From assembly GCA_051362555.1 (NCBI GenBank), contig CM120641.1, positions 39,438,401-39,502,400 on the forward strand: 64,000 bases of DNA, given 5' to 3'. Positions 23,933 through 35,900 of the stretch are shown in pieces. The position numbers and the translations under genes are program-made. This DNA comes from Lingula anatina. Taxonomy: Eukaryota > Animalia > Brachiopoda. The notes under the pieces were generated by a model. The model saw only the letters and a list, made by a program, of their open reading frames with translations. It was not told the DNA's origin and did not search any database. Numbering within the stretch: position 1 is the stretch's first letter; every line of letters begins with the position of its first letter.

Positions 23933-25896
23933 ATGAAGCCAGTTAAAATACACATTATTTATTGGTAGGTATATAATCTAAGTGTTCGTTAGTTTCTTTT
24001 ACAACCAGGCACCGTCGAGTACGCCCTTTTACGCTAAGGTAGTAAGGAGCCTTTACCTTGTCTCACGCCATGTCATCGATTGTCATTGATTTGGAAAGCT
24101 CATTACGGCATTAGAACTTGGCACGTTTCACTGTCATACGATCCCCAATACATGTATATTCTTCCGCACGTAAGAACATCGACCATGTTTTGGAGCCTTT
24201 TTTTTCCTGAGCACTGAATGCCCTAGCTAGCTAGACGGGATTATAAAACTGTCAAGAAAGCTTCAATAAATTATAAAGTGCTCATTCTCCTTTGTTTTGA
24301 TTCAACTTCAAACAAAGATGTCTTCCCCTAGAAAATTTTACGTGGTAAATGTTTTTGATGCAACTGGGCACAGGTATATCTTTTCCTTTATAGATAGGGG
24401 ACATATATATATATGTAGATGAGCTTTACATATTATTTTTACATGAAGATAAAAATTGCTTCCTGCCTGAAATACTAGTATGTGTTCAAATTACTTGGAC
24501 TTGGATTTCGAATATAATTTCATATATTGCATTTTACTTTGAATTTGTCTATGTATAAAGTTGACTTTAATTTAGGAAAACCCCTTTGTGTTGCTTAACA
24601 TTTCTTTTACTATGCCTTAGTAGAGTTAATCTCCAAACCATCACAAATTTTGATATACTAGTACAGGCTGTACAGCTGTAAGTATGCCAGATTCACTGTC
24701 CAGTTTGCTTATCATTTCAGTGGTGCCTGAGGGTATGCGCCAATGGTGAGTATGCAAATGTTTCAACAGTTTTGCAAGATTCTTTTCATTTGGTTTCTCA
24801 AGAAGTTAAGTGTCAAACTTGTAAGTTAACATTCCAGATTAAAATCTTTAATCTGTTAAGAAGTTAAGAAATAAAACTGGATTTGGATTTCTATTTCATT
24901 CCCAATAAGAAAAATAAAAGCAATATATAATGTTAGATATATATGTACCAGGTCCGGTTTAGTGAGCTCTAACAATAAGGACAGGGCATAATTCTTTTAT
25001 TTCTTCTATCTTCTTTATTTCAGTTCCGGCGTCTAAAAGCAGACCTGGAGCAAGAATTTGGCACGGATGTGGTGATTGTAAGTAAAAAAAATTGGTCTGT
25101 TAATTTGCATATTTATATTTGTGTGTAGGGCATTATCTGATATTAAAAATGTTAAAAATCACTGCTGCTATTTATTTTTGAACAGTTATTTTTATTTTCA
25201 CAAGTAGTGCTTCCAGGCCAAGAGAATAACAATTAGTGATTTTTCTTAAAATGTTGATGTTAAAGAGGGCATTGCTGAAAATCAACCTTTGTTGCTACAT
25301 GTTTATTTCCAATATTATATTTTCATTGTTGTGTTTGGTTTATATTGTGAAATGTAGCATTGGTTATTAGGTTTTTGTAAGACATGATAAACAGAACATA
25401 ATAATTTGACTCATTTCGGTAAGATTTGATAGTTAAATAGTTTGCCATTCAGTTTAGATGCACATATCTCATTATCAGACAGGTGAAGGGACTCCTCAAG
25501 CCACTGGCTATTTTGAAGTGCAGATTGAGAATGGAAAGCTTCTCCATTCCAAGAAGGTAAGAGATACATTTTTTGTGAAACTTTTGCTGGATACAGGATG
25601 TATCAACTGTGCAAAAGCATTTGCCTGCGGAGTCTAAGAATAAACTGTTTGTTATTGAATAATCACAAAAATTGCATTCATTGTCTTGAGTTCACAAACT
25701 GATCATAAGAGCCACATGACATATTTTTCTTATTAGCTTCACTTTGTCATTGGTTTTATATTCAAATCATCATTAACTTAATAAGCCTTATTAGTAAATT
25801 GATATAATGTTCTTATAGAATGGTGATGGCTATGTGGACAGCGAGGCCAAATTTCATAAGATTACCAAAGGTATTGAGGAGGCTTTAAAATCCTAG
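23933..25896 (+). CDS. SELENOW: Selenoprotein W (Rdx family, CxxU), 88 aa; Sec UGA at 24728-24730
   Basis: Exons 23933-23964, 24721-24745, 25024-25077, 25479-25556 and 25819-25896 give MKPVKIHIIYCGAUGYAPMFRRLKADLEQEFGTDVVITGEGTPQATGYFEVQIENGKLLHSKKNGDGYVDSEAKFHKITKGIEEALKS*. All introns are GT-AG and in phase, and a SECIS lies downstream. Confidence 0.96.
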
Positions 25897-26093
25897 AGGA
25901 CCACATTCACAACTACAAGGGTGAGCACATATTTGAAAGACACCTATTTTATACCCCTTCTTTTGATATATATATTTTTGAAGACTTTGGTACATAATAA
26001 CATTTATACTAGGAGTGTTTAATTCATATATTATGTGACATGGTTCATTTTATGAAAGCCTTTCTTTTGTAGGTTTGACCTGGTTCTATTTGA

Positions 26094-26167
26094 TCAAGTC
26101 GGCTTTCTATGATTGATTAGTCTGAAAGTTTCACAAGGACTATTCCTGATGCCCCAAGCTGGTTTGA
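26094..26167 (+). promoter_or_regulatory. SECIS element in the SELENOW 3' UTR exon
   Basis: Helix I is tcaagtcggctt/aagctggtttga. The core is ATGA at 26109-26112 with TGAT at 26147-26150, helix II includes tagtc/gacta, and the apical AAA is at 26125-26127. It lies in an exon starting at 26073 after a UTR intron (25921-26072). Confidence 0.92.
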
Positions 26168-26377
26168 CACAAGATGATAACATGGACAAACTCTTGTTGA
26201 TATGTTTGTTCAATACAGTATTATGAAATGCTGATAAAATGTAACGTAATCTCAGGAAGTATTCAAATGTACGCTTTCTCTAATCTTTTTTCTCTATGAA
26301 CTGTGATACAGCTGCAAGTGTTGCTTTTAAAATGAAGAGTTTGTCAATTTTAACATGATCAACTGTGCTGTACATTA

Positions 26378-26894
26378 GCACGAAGTTTCATGCGTTAGCG
26401 CTCCTATATTCCGTACCTGTAATGTGCTACGGTATTTGTTTTAACACAAGATAAATATGGGTACTTTCAACTATAAAGCAAAGACCAGCTAGCAACTGCG
26501 CTTCGTGTCGACAACTCTTTTTAATCTGCTCCCCTGTCACTTCAGGGGTGTGTGGCAGTCTTGCTGTCGACAGCCCTGTGAATAAGTTGAGTAATGTGCT
26601 TGACCATTAGTTATGCCCCCATGAAATCATACGCCCATTGCAGGTTGCTATGAACCGATGTCATTTTACCGTTATAATAGGCAACCCCTACACTCTGACG
26701 AGAGAGTCTGCTAGTAGTCTATTACAAAATTGTTGTAATATTTTTACTTTAATTTTGTATACTACTTAATTTTAGAGGTTCTTGATATCTGAGGGTGGGT
26801 AACCCCTATATTTCATGCGTTAGCCTAGTTGGTTCTTCGATTGGACAGATTAGAGATCTAAGCAAGAGTTGCGCTTACGCATGGAACTTCGTGC
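26378..26894. other. 517-bp element bounded by 24-bp imperfect inverted repeats (MITE or structured 3' UTR element)
   Basis: gcacgaagtttcatgcgttagcgc (26378-26401) versus gcgcttacgcatggaacttcgtgc (26871-26894), with 2 differences. An internal direct copy tttcatgcgttagc is at 26811-26824. No clear target-site duplication. Confidence 0.6.
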
Positions 26895-27292
26895 AATCTT
26901 TATGTCCGTCTTTTGATAAATTTTGCAACGGCTTTAAAATATTTTATAATGAAAGTTTTTACGTTTAGAATAGATGAGGCATGTTCAAATTTATCAATTT
27001 ATATGGTGATCCAAACGCACATCTCCCGAAATAAAAATAAATACAAAATAACATTCGTCTTTTATATTTACTACAATGTAGTACATTTTATATATTTATT
27101 TGCTCAATACAGTGCACAGTTATCTATTTCTACAAATAAAAATAGCTGGTACATATATAAATATATTCAAATATATATATACACACATAAATTCAAATAT
27201 CACAAATTTCCTACATATAACTTGGGTCTTTCTTCAATGATATGTCCTCTTTATCAAAATAACATGGAACGCGTAACCCATTCAGTTTTTGC

Positions 27293-30200
27293 CTATTGTA
27301 TTGAGCATGTAGCAGATTTGGTTGCCGTTTGCAAGTGGGGAGAAAGCTTCGATCTTTTGTTACTACTCAACCTTTCAATAACCTGAAAAAAAGGTAAATA
27401 GTCAGTGTTTTTTATATGCATCGATTTTTATTCATGCCAATAAAGGTCAATTCACTTTCTTTTTCCAAAGTGCAGGAAATGCGATGGTTAACTTTCTTTG
27501 CTAGATTTAATTTACATTATAACTTCATGCTTCACACCTTTAAATATTTGACAAGACCAGCTCTGTAATGATTCAGTTCGTACAATTTGATTTGAAACTT
27601 TGCTCACAACCGTATTGATGTTATGACGGCACTTACCGTTAGAACTTCAAGGAAATCCAGGTAGCCGTTTTTATCCGTGTCTATGCTTTCTAAGATTTCT
27701 TCAAGTTGTTTTTTGGTAAACATCATGTTATTTGCCGTGAGAATATTGTCCATTTCCGAGAGGTCAATCACCTGGAGATAATATTGAAAAGACATGCATT
27801 AATTACATAAAATGTTGCTTTCAAATGGAAGGGGCTGGACTTTTCATATCGTTAAACACCATAGGGTTTACCGACCTTTATTTTGGAAGTCATTAGATGA
27901 TTTCCATTCTTTCTCCACTTTTTTTTTTTTTTTTAATTATTGGGGGTCTCGGCAACAGTACGCCCCAGAATAACGTATTTACGTCTTACTCACTTGGTCT
28001 CCATTTGTGTCAGCCGAAGTGAATCTTTTTTCAGCATCCAAAATTAAAGACAAACTCATCCCTGGAAAATGCTCTGCCAGCATCTGACAACATGGAAAAA
28101 TGGGATAATATTTAGTTTCCTTCTTTTCAAAAAAATAAAATTGAAATCTATCCTTTGTATCCTAAAAATGATAAAAACAGAGATATCACATTGTATTTAA
28201 GGCAAAACCTTAATAAAAATATATAAATTATGTAACCAAAGACACAAGCACTTCGTGGTGATCATTTTATGGCGTTTCTCTAGTCGAGTTCAAACGCTTC
28301 TTGGCATAGACGAGCAGCCGACTTAACAGACATTTTCTATGGATCTCTCGTCGGAAGACGGTCAAAAATTTTCAAGTTTACATTTACATTTAGCCAGCGT
28401 TCTCATTTGAGACAAACAAGAACCAATCGAACTTGATTAAAAGTCATTGGGACTGGAAAAAATAATGGAAAATTGCTTAAAGCTTAAGTTACCAACTGAT
28501 TTTGTAAAGAAAATCATGAAAGAAGGAGGAAACGATATGGCCGCGGGGAAACACATGGTCAACGTTATTCCAGCTTAATTTTTTTCTAATTGTTTAATCC
28601 TAGGTGATTACATTGTTCCATGTTTTAATTTTGCAATTATTACCAGGTATACATATGGGATCGCCTACCATTCACAAGTGCTGAGAGGATTTAGCTCCGT
28701 ACTCTTCCTTTGCAGTTTCCAACAGTTTCTTTTGCGATTATTTCACATTTGATGTTTGAGAGAACAAGAAGGAAAAGGGGGATGAAATACTTACATTATA
28801 ATAAGCATATGAATCTGTGCTGAGTTTTTCTCGCCCAAAAACTTTTGGATGCCTGTGCGATGGCGAGTCTTGGCTACTTCGAGTCTTGGTATCTTTTGGG
28901 GTGGGTTTCTTCGCTTCTGCGGCGTTAGAGTTCTTTAACGGAGGTAACTTGCCTTTAGGCTTTGGTTTCTGAACCTAAGTATGACATCATAAATTAAAAC
29001 GAATATCCTCAAGAATTAAATGCGAGTGTATTCAAATTAGAAACGATGTAAAATTACAAGTTAAAAATAACATTTGAAAGTTAAAATTGCTGCCATGGGA
29101 TTGTTTTTTGACATTTATTATCTATTCATGTTCATAATTTTTCATTAGGTCTCTCTGTCAAAAAGTTCGCCGTTTCCCCACTATCATCACTCTTTTTTTA
29201 AATAAATGACACAAGTTGACAATGAAATAATTAGCAATGCGCAGTAGAGCTTTAGATACCAATTAATAATTATAATAATATTCCTTAAAATGTGAACAAT
29301 TTATCCATAATGTCGTGAAAATTCCAAACTTGAAACCTCTTTGCAAGCTCTTGCTGTTTTTACATTAACGAGTAAAATTCACCACTCATCATCTTGTAAA
29401 AATCAGTAAATTATAACGCAAGAACGGGTTTACAGATCGTTATTTTGTCAGAGGTTTTAGATATACATGGTTGGTCATAAGGGGGGGGGGGGATGAACGA
29501 AATTCCAGGAAATTATTTTTCATTCTATTATTTTAATTATTATTTTAGCTATTTTTTACAATTTAGAGATATAGCGTTCTTTAGTGTCCCGACAATCGTA
29601 ATCATAAGGTTATCGTGACATTTGCCTCATGAAATATTGTTCACGCCAAGGGGAAATTAATAATAACCGGCTCAAAGTCTTCGACCCTAATAAAAGATTC
29701 AGTCAGCGTGTTAAGCGATATTAGGTTGATAACGTGTGTGATGTAATCGTCGATAGACACGCAGCCATAACAATATTTTCCTTACGCTACATATATAAAA
29801 GACAGTAACAATTCGGTGTTATGGTACTTTAAATATGTATACGCGTGGCCTGCGTTCTACTGAATAATGCAATACCACAACTACATTCTCCAAAACTAGC
29901 AATGCTAAAATCACAAACAATGGAACAAGTCAAGTTGTAAAAACGCCGTTTCCATGGTGTGTCGATACTGCGTGTAAATAATCTTGACCGATAATACTAA
30001 ATTGTGACAGCAATAAAAGATAGAATCGATATGGCCCAATATATGGTAACAGCTAGTGGCATGATTTGCAAGGACTGTAAAAAGATCTCCTTGAAACAAG
30101 TCCATATAACTACACACTAAATCTTGAATACTGTGGTCAAAAGTTTGCGTCTTAGAACTGGGATTTAAGCTTACATGTACGTGCAACCATTCTAAGATTA

Positions 30201-30883
30201 ACGAAAGTAAAGCCTAGGGTAAAAGCACAATTAAAGAGATAGGCCTACAATATTTTACAAATAAAAACTAACTCACAGTTGCGCTCGGTTGTCCCACTGC
30301 GGTCTTGCTTTTTAATTGTTTGAACTGAAACAAGAATATTTATCAAATGCTGGGTCATGTTATAAATGTATTTTTCTTTATTCCAGGTTTATATTCAGTT
30401 GTTAACAGTCATTTGATGACAAACTAATGCTTTGCTTGTAATACATGTACATGTAGGCCCTACATGTAGGTGGCAAACGAACAATTTTGTAAAAGGCACC
30501 AAAGTGACTTGAAAAGTAAATGTATATGTAGCAGTGATGTACAATAGGGGCGATGATATTTGAATACATAGGCCTATACATTTCAATCTCACCTCTTCTT
30601 CTAAGGCTTCAATTTTTGTCAGCAATTCGTAAATTTTTCCGTGCGCTTTTGCGAGTTCCAGTTCTTTTGCTTTGAGACGGTCTCGTGCAGCATCTCTTTC
30701 TAGAATGTATTGCACAAAGTCTTGGTTTACAGATTTCCCTGTCGTTTGTTCAGCGTCAGTTTCTTTTCCGTTTTCAGTGGGATATTCGGGGTTAAATCCG
30801 ACGAAATGTTTATTAAAACTGAAAGACATATCATGCTTTAGCACTTCGCTAGTATCCACCGGTTCTTCGCTATTTAATTGCAT
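27293..30883 (-). CDS. Uncharacterised 277-aa protein: coiled coil, basic linker, two EF-hands, C-terminal CaaX (CSIQ)
   Basis: Six phase-0 exons: 30883-30593, 30324-30277, 28974-28795, 28083-27994, 27771-27637, 27382-27293. EF-hand loops DTNGDQVIDLSE and DTDKNGYLDFLE. It ends ...TATKSATCSIQ*. Confidence 0.87.
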
Positions 30884-31690
30884 AGTTTTAAATCATTGGT
30901 TGGTATCGTGTCAAAAACGGCTTTTAAATCATTGATTGGTACCGTGTCAAAAACGGCTCTTCATGTACACGCAGCCCTACGCCCGGCTGTAGTACGCTCG
31001 CTACGCGTACGGTATTTAATTTGTTGACTAAAATTTCTATATTTTTCGCACGTGAAAGTCCCCTTTCAACTACGAAAGTCCCCTTTCAACTACTTTTATA
31101 GCAACCCACTTATATTTATTTTGTTCTTGATTTGCACTGACGAGTGCGTCATAAGGTAGAGATCTTAAAGTGAAGAACAAGCTTCATTGTATTAAGCTCA
31201 ATCAATATAATAGCGTTTTCCAAAGGGCCAGTGTGAGAGGGAGCAACGTCGCCTATGTCAACAAGTACTTGCCTAAGAATCTCGCGAGATGTTGACGTCA
31301 AATTAATGTTGGATTGTGTATGTAATTTCACAGATAAACCATACAAACCATGGTATTGTATATGCAGGAAATAAACTAAAACGTGTAGCATACCTTCCTA
31401 AGCCACTCATATGTGTAAGGAGATAATCATGACAGGTGTTGATTTTTAAATCATTTTTTAACACTTAACGTAAACGAATGACCTTTTGACATTGATCATG
31501 TGACTCCATGGTAAGGGCGAAACCGAGGCGTCATTTTTCTGTCTATAAGGAACACCAGTAACTCTGATTGTTTTTACAATTTTATATGAAAGGATGTTTA
31601 GCTGACACAATCGACAGATTTTATAGCAGACAGTAAAGTTATTGTGAGCGGAAGAGTTATCTTTTTCAAGCAGGGGCCAGCGGAGAAAGG
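30884..31690. promoter_or_regulatory. Probable bidirectional promoter of the EF-hand gene and HECTD1
   Basis: CpG-enriched relative to the flanks. Contains TCTCGCGAGA (31280-31289), CRE TGACGTCA (31293-31300) and a tandem gaaagtcccctttcaactac x2 (31054-31093). A likely non-coding HECTD1 first exon ends at gaaag|gtgagg (~31689). Confidence 0.55.
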
Positions 31691-32918
31691 TGAGGAAACT
31701 GTTAGAGCTGAGTGTGGGGTGTTAAATACCTTGTCGATCAATGACAATGGGAATATTCAGATAGCCCATGTTCGTGTCATGTATATGTAAACAGTTGTTT
31801 ATCGTGACTGTATGATAACCATGTGGTAAGAGAGTAGAAGGTTTAGATTGTTTTTAGAAGAGAGGGCATGTAAAGAGGGTTATGATGGTGGGCATGGTGC
31901 GGAAATGATAATATCTGTAGAATGACTTTGGGGAAATCAACAAACCGCCAACCTAGATTAAGTTGATATCATTGTTTTTAAAGACAATAACCAATGCATT
32001 AGTTATTGATTGTTTTGAGATCAATTACAAATTGTGAGTAAGAATTGAGTCTGGAGAGCCTCTTGCTTATGATTTATGACATTACAATTTCACTTGATGT
32101 TGAAAACAAAGCCTGCTGTTACAGTCATTTCCTTTCTTTATAAAGCCTAGAGCTGGACAGTACCTCTGGCGACATCCCCAACCACTTTGTCTGCTGCATC
32201 TTGTGTCTATTTAAACTAGGAACTAGTATCCCCAATCTACAGTAACAAAGATCCAAATAATGATGTCCAGTCACATGAGGCTCACCCTGAGGCAACATAT
32301 GTCAAACCTGCTTTTATAAGGTGTTTTCATTTTCCCTTTTATATCCATGTCCACAATATTCATACTTTCTGTTTAAAAAATATGTCATTCGTGAACAGAT
32401 TTTGAAATTTAGGCAAAATTCCAAATTTAAATGATCAGTGTCCCCACCATGTGTTAATTTTCACCATCTGTAAATCTCTAGATGCCTAGATATCCAAGGG
32501 GACATTTGGCATATTATGTGAAAGGGGTTTGTTAAGAAGATTTATTTTGGAATACATAATAATTTTCTGTAAGTGCATAGATGTTTACTGCACATGTAAT
32601 CTTAAACATCTATTTATTTCAACTGCAGTATGTTTAATTATTGCTTTTTACTTTGTCCCCATTCCCATGGTATTTGTAAAGGCTAAGGAGGCATGTTCTA
32701 TAAAAGAAAAATATTATATGGCACTTGAATATCTCATTCCTTCTTTTTTGTGTAAACTGTATTCATTTATATACTGTATTCAAACTCCTGTTGTCAACTA
32801 AATCGTGTTTAAAATTTCATCCTGTTTTGAATTTCATAGCAATGCATCTATTTATTTATTGTGTATGTCATTATATCAGCACTACTTTGTTGTCCTTAGC
32901 TGAGGCCAGGTGATCAAA

Positions 32919-35900
32919 ATGGCAGAGGTGGACCCAGAAACCCTGCTGGAATGGCTTCAGATGGGCCAGGGAGATGAGAGGGACATGCAGCTTATTGCTT
33001 TGGAGCAGCTCTGTATGCTATTGCTTATGTCAGATAATGTTGATAGGTGTTTTGAAAGGTAAGTAGAACTGAGGGTAATGCTGCCTTTTTACTTCATTTG
33101 AATATATAGAGCATTCTGTGGTATTTCTGCCCTGGACATGAATTTTTCAAATATGGAAAAATTAACAAAAAGTTACATTTTCTGATAAATGAGAAGTCCT
33201 TCAGTTTTTAGAAAATATTAGAACAGGAAATAAATATTGTCTGAACATGGTGGTAGGTGCTCCTTGTTGATTTTTGATTTAAAAATATTATTTATTTAAG
33301 GGTCAGGAGGTCAGAAATACCATTTAGTTATTATATATTGTCAGTACACCCAAACTTTGTGCCCATTTTATTTTGAGTTAAAATGACTGCAAGCTTTCTG
33401 GAATAACAAATTAATGAGTCATAAAGTTGATGCTACCTGCTATTTTTTAACATGGATTATTTGATATTGCTCTTTGTTTTATATAAATTGATGAAGAAAT
33501 TATAGATTAAATGATATTGTATAAACTCTTTACTCTAAAAAACTACATGATCATTTGAAATTACTCGCCATATTTCTTAATGGTTACTTCATGTGATTAT
33601 TCAGTGATTAAACTTGTTTGTATGACTAAATTTGCTGGCATACCAAGTCTGGGTGATATTACTGGAGAAAAATCAATAGCAATATTCTGAGGGTTTCTGT
33701 ATTTCCTGTACATGAGTGTTAGATTTCAGCTCAGATTTCTAATATTTTTCATTATCGATAGCCTTAGCAGCATATTTGTTAGACAATTTAATGATCGCCT
33801 TAATATATTGTGATGAGGGACAGAGTACTTCCTGCTGTGGGTGATATTTCCTGTAAGATGAGTCACATTGGTGTTGGTATATCAGGGATTCCTGTAGCAA
33901 TACCCTTTGTGCACTCTTGAAAAATTACCCCTAATTGATGACACACTGACTTGAAAATGACCGTCATTTTGTTTCAAATGAATTTCCAAATGAACTATAA
34001 GTTCTAGGAGAAATAAGATAATCAGTGTATATTACAATAAGTGCTTTTCATATTACAATTACATTAAGTGAATAGAAAGAACATTTTAAAATTCTAATAA
34101 ATAAATTTGATTGGATAAGATGATCAGTAAAAGAAAATAATGAAATCGTCATTTATTATTTTAGTTGCCCTCCTCGCACCTTCCTCCCTGCTCTTTGTCG
34201 CATTTTCCTGGATGAGTGTGCACCGGACAATGTGCTAGAGGTGACTGCACGTGCCATCACTTATTACTTAGATGTGTCTGCAGAATGCACACGCCGTATT
34301 GTGGCTGTAGATGGAGCAATCAAGGCCTTGTGCAACCGTCTTGTGGTGGTGGAGATGTCTTCTAGGACTAGCAAAGATTTGTCTGAACAGTGTATCAAGG
34401 TAGGTGAAGACTGATTGGTGGTTTCCATGGTGAAAACAGGGGTGGAAGAGCCATAGAAGTTTGACACTTGATTTTTTCGACTGGTGAATGGGACTTAAAA
34501 CTTTGTGATATGGAGCAGTACAGAAGCACTTTTCCATAGTTCTGGTTAAACTGCTTTTAAAACTTATGAGAATAAAGTATTCATTAAAAAGAAGTTGGAG
34601 ACCATCTGTTCCTTGAGAAAGATTCTACAACCATTCATGAGTCGAGTCGTTTTGAAAGCTTTTTGACCCATGAAGAATTTGATTTGATTTTCAGGTGTTG
34701 GAATTAATCTGCACCCGTGAACCTGGTGCCGTATTTGATGCTGGTGGCTTGAACTGTGTGTTGACATTCATCCGAGAACATGGCTCCATGGTTCACAAAG
34801 ACACCCTGCACTCCTCCATGGCAGTGGTCTCCAGACTTTGTGGGAAGATGGAGCCACAGGATGCAGCACTTGAGTCATGTGTGGAATCTCTGTCTACTTT
34901 ATTAAAACATGAAGACCAGTTTGTAAGTTTCAAATTTCTCAGAATGAACGAAATGTCACTGGATGTTTGAAAATATTCTTACAATTTAGTTACTATAATT
35001 TTTTAATTGAGGAATTTCAAACAATCTTGATTTAGATGTGTATGGTATATTTGATAATAATGAGTATCTTTTAAAGGTGAACTTAAAGCTGAAATTCTGT
35101 AAAATAACAATGACTTCATCATTACAGGTTGCTGATGGAGCTCTCAGATGCTTTGCATCTTTGGCAGACCGCTTTACTCGCAGGGGAGTCGACCCAGCAC
35201 CGCTGAACAAACATGGCTTGATTCAGGAATTGCTACAGCGCCTGTCCCAGGCAGGGGGCCCAAATTTGAATGCGTCACTCTCCAGCACCCCAGGGGCTGC
35301 CAGTGCCACTCCTGACTCGAAGAGCAGCACTAGTGTGTCCACTGTGATCAGCTTGTTGTCCACTCTGTGTCGAGGGTCACCAGGAGTCACTCATGACTTG
35401 CTGCGCTCAGACATGCCTGAAGCTATTGAGATGGCATTGCAGGGGGATGAGAGGTACTAATGATTTTTTTTGGGATTAAATCAAAAAAAAAATTTTTTTT
35501 TTGGAGGGGAGATTTTTAAAACTTCTTGTTAACATTTAAGTTGAACCATATGCATTTCTGAGGTTTTTGGATTTAAATATCTTTTAAGGCAAAGAAAACG
35601 AGATTTATGAGCTACCTTCATTCATGTGAAAGCCACCAAGACGTCACTGTGATATTTTTTTGCATAGAATATTAAATAATAATCATTTAATTTTCATTCC
35701 TTTGCAAGAATTTCTTTATCTCCTGTTCCAGATGTGTATTGGACACTATGCGACTGGTAGACCTGCTGTTTGTGCTGTTATTTGAAGGCAGGAAAGCTCT
35801 GCCCAAGGCTGGTGTTAGCAGTCTCTCTAGTCGTATTCCAGGACTGCGTAGAATGGACAGTGCTGGTGAAAGATCTCATAGGCAACTCATAGACTGTATT

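Noticed and set aside
24318-24344. Alternative SELENOW first exon (ATG...gtg|gtaaat)
   Set aside because: Its phase-0 donor is incompatible with exon 2, whereas 23933-23964 gives the expected IIYC in phase 2.
7940-26167. Functional selenium cluster (seryl-tRNA synthetase near a selenoprotein)
   Set aside because: tRNA-Sec is charged by the cytosolic SerRS, and this gene is the mitochondrial type. No tRNA-Sec or other Sec machinery was seen.
26621-26660. Second SECIS (atgaaatcatacgcc...tatgaaccgatg)
   Set aside because: It has ATGA and GA but poor pairing next to the core, no apical AA and no convincing helix I.
26695-26712. Hammerhead ribozyme core (ctgacgag), also at 31137
   Set aside because: There is no downstream GAAA with stem II/III geometry.
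31054-31093. RNase MRP CR-I motif GAAAGTCCCC
   Set aside because: It is part of a 20-bp tandem duplication, and no matching CR-V/P4 partner was found at a plausible distance.
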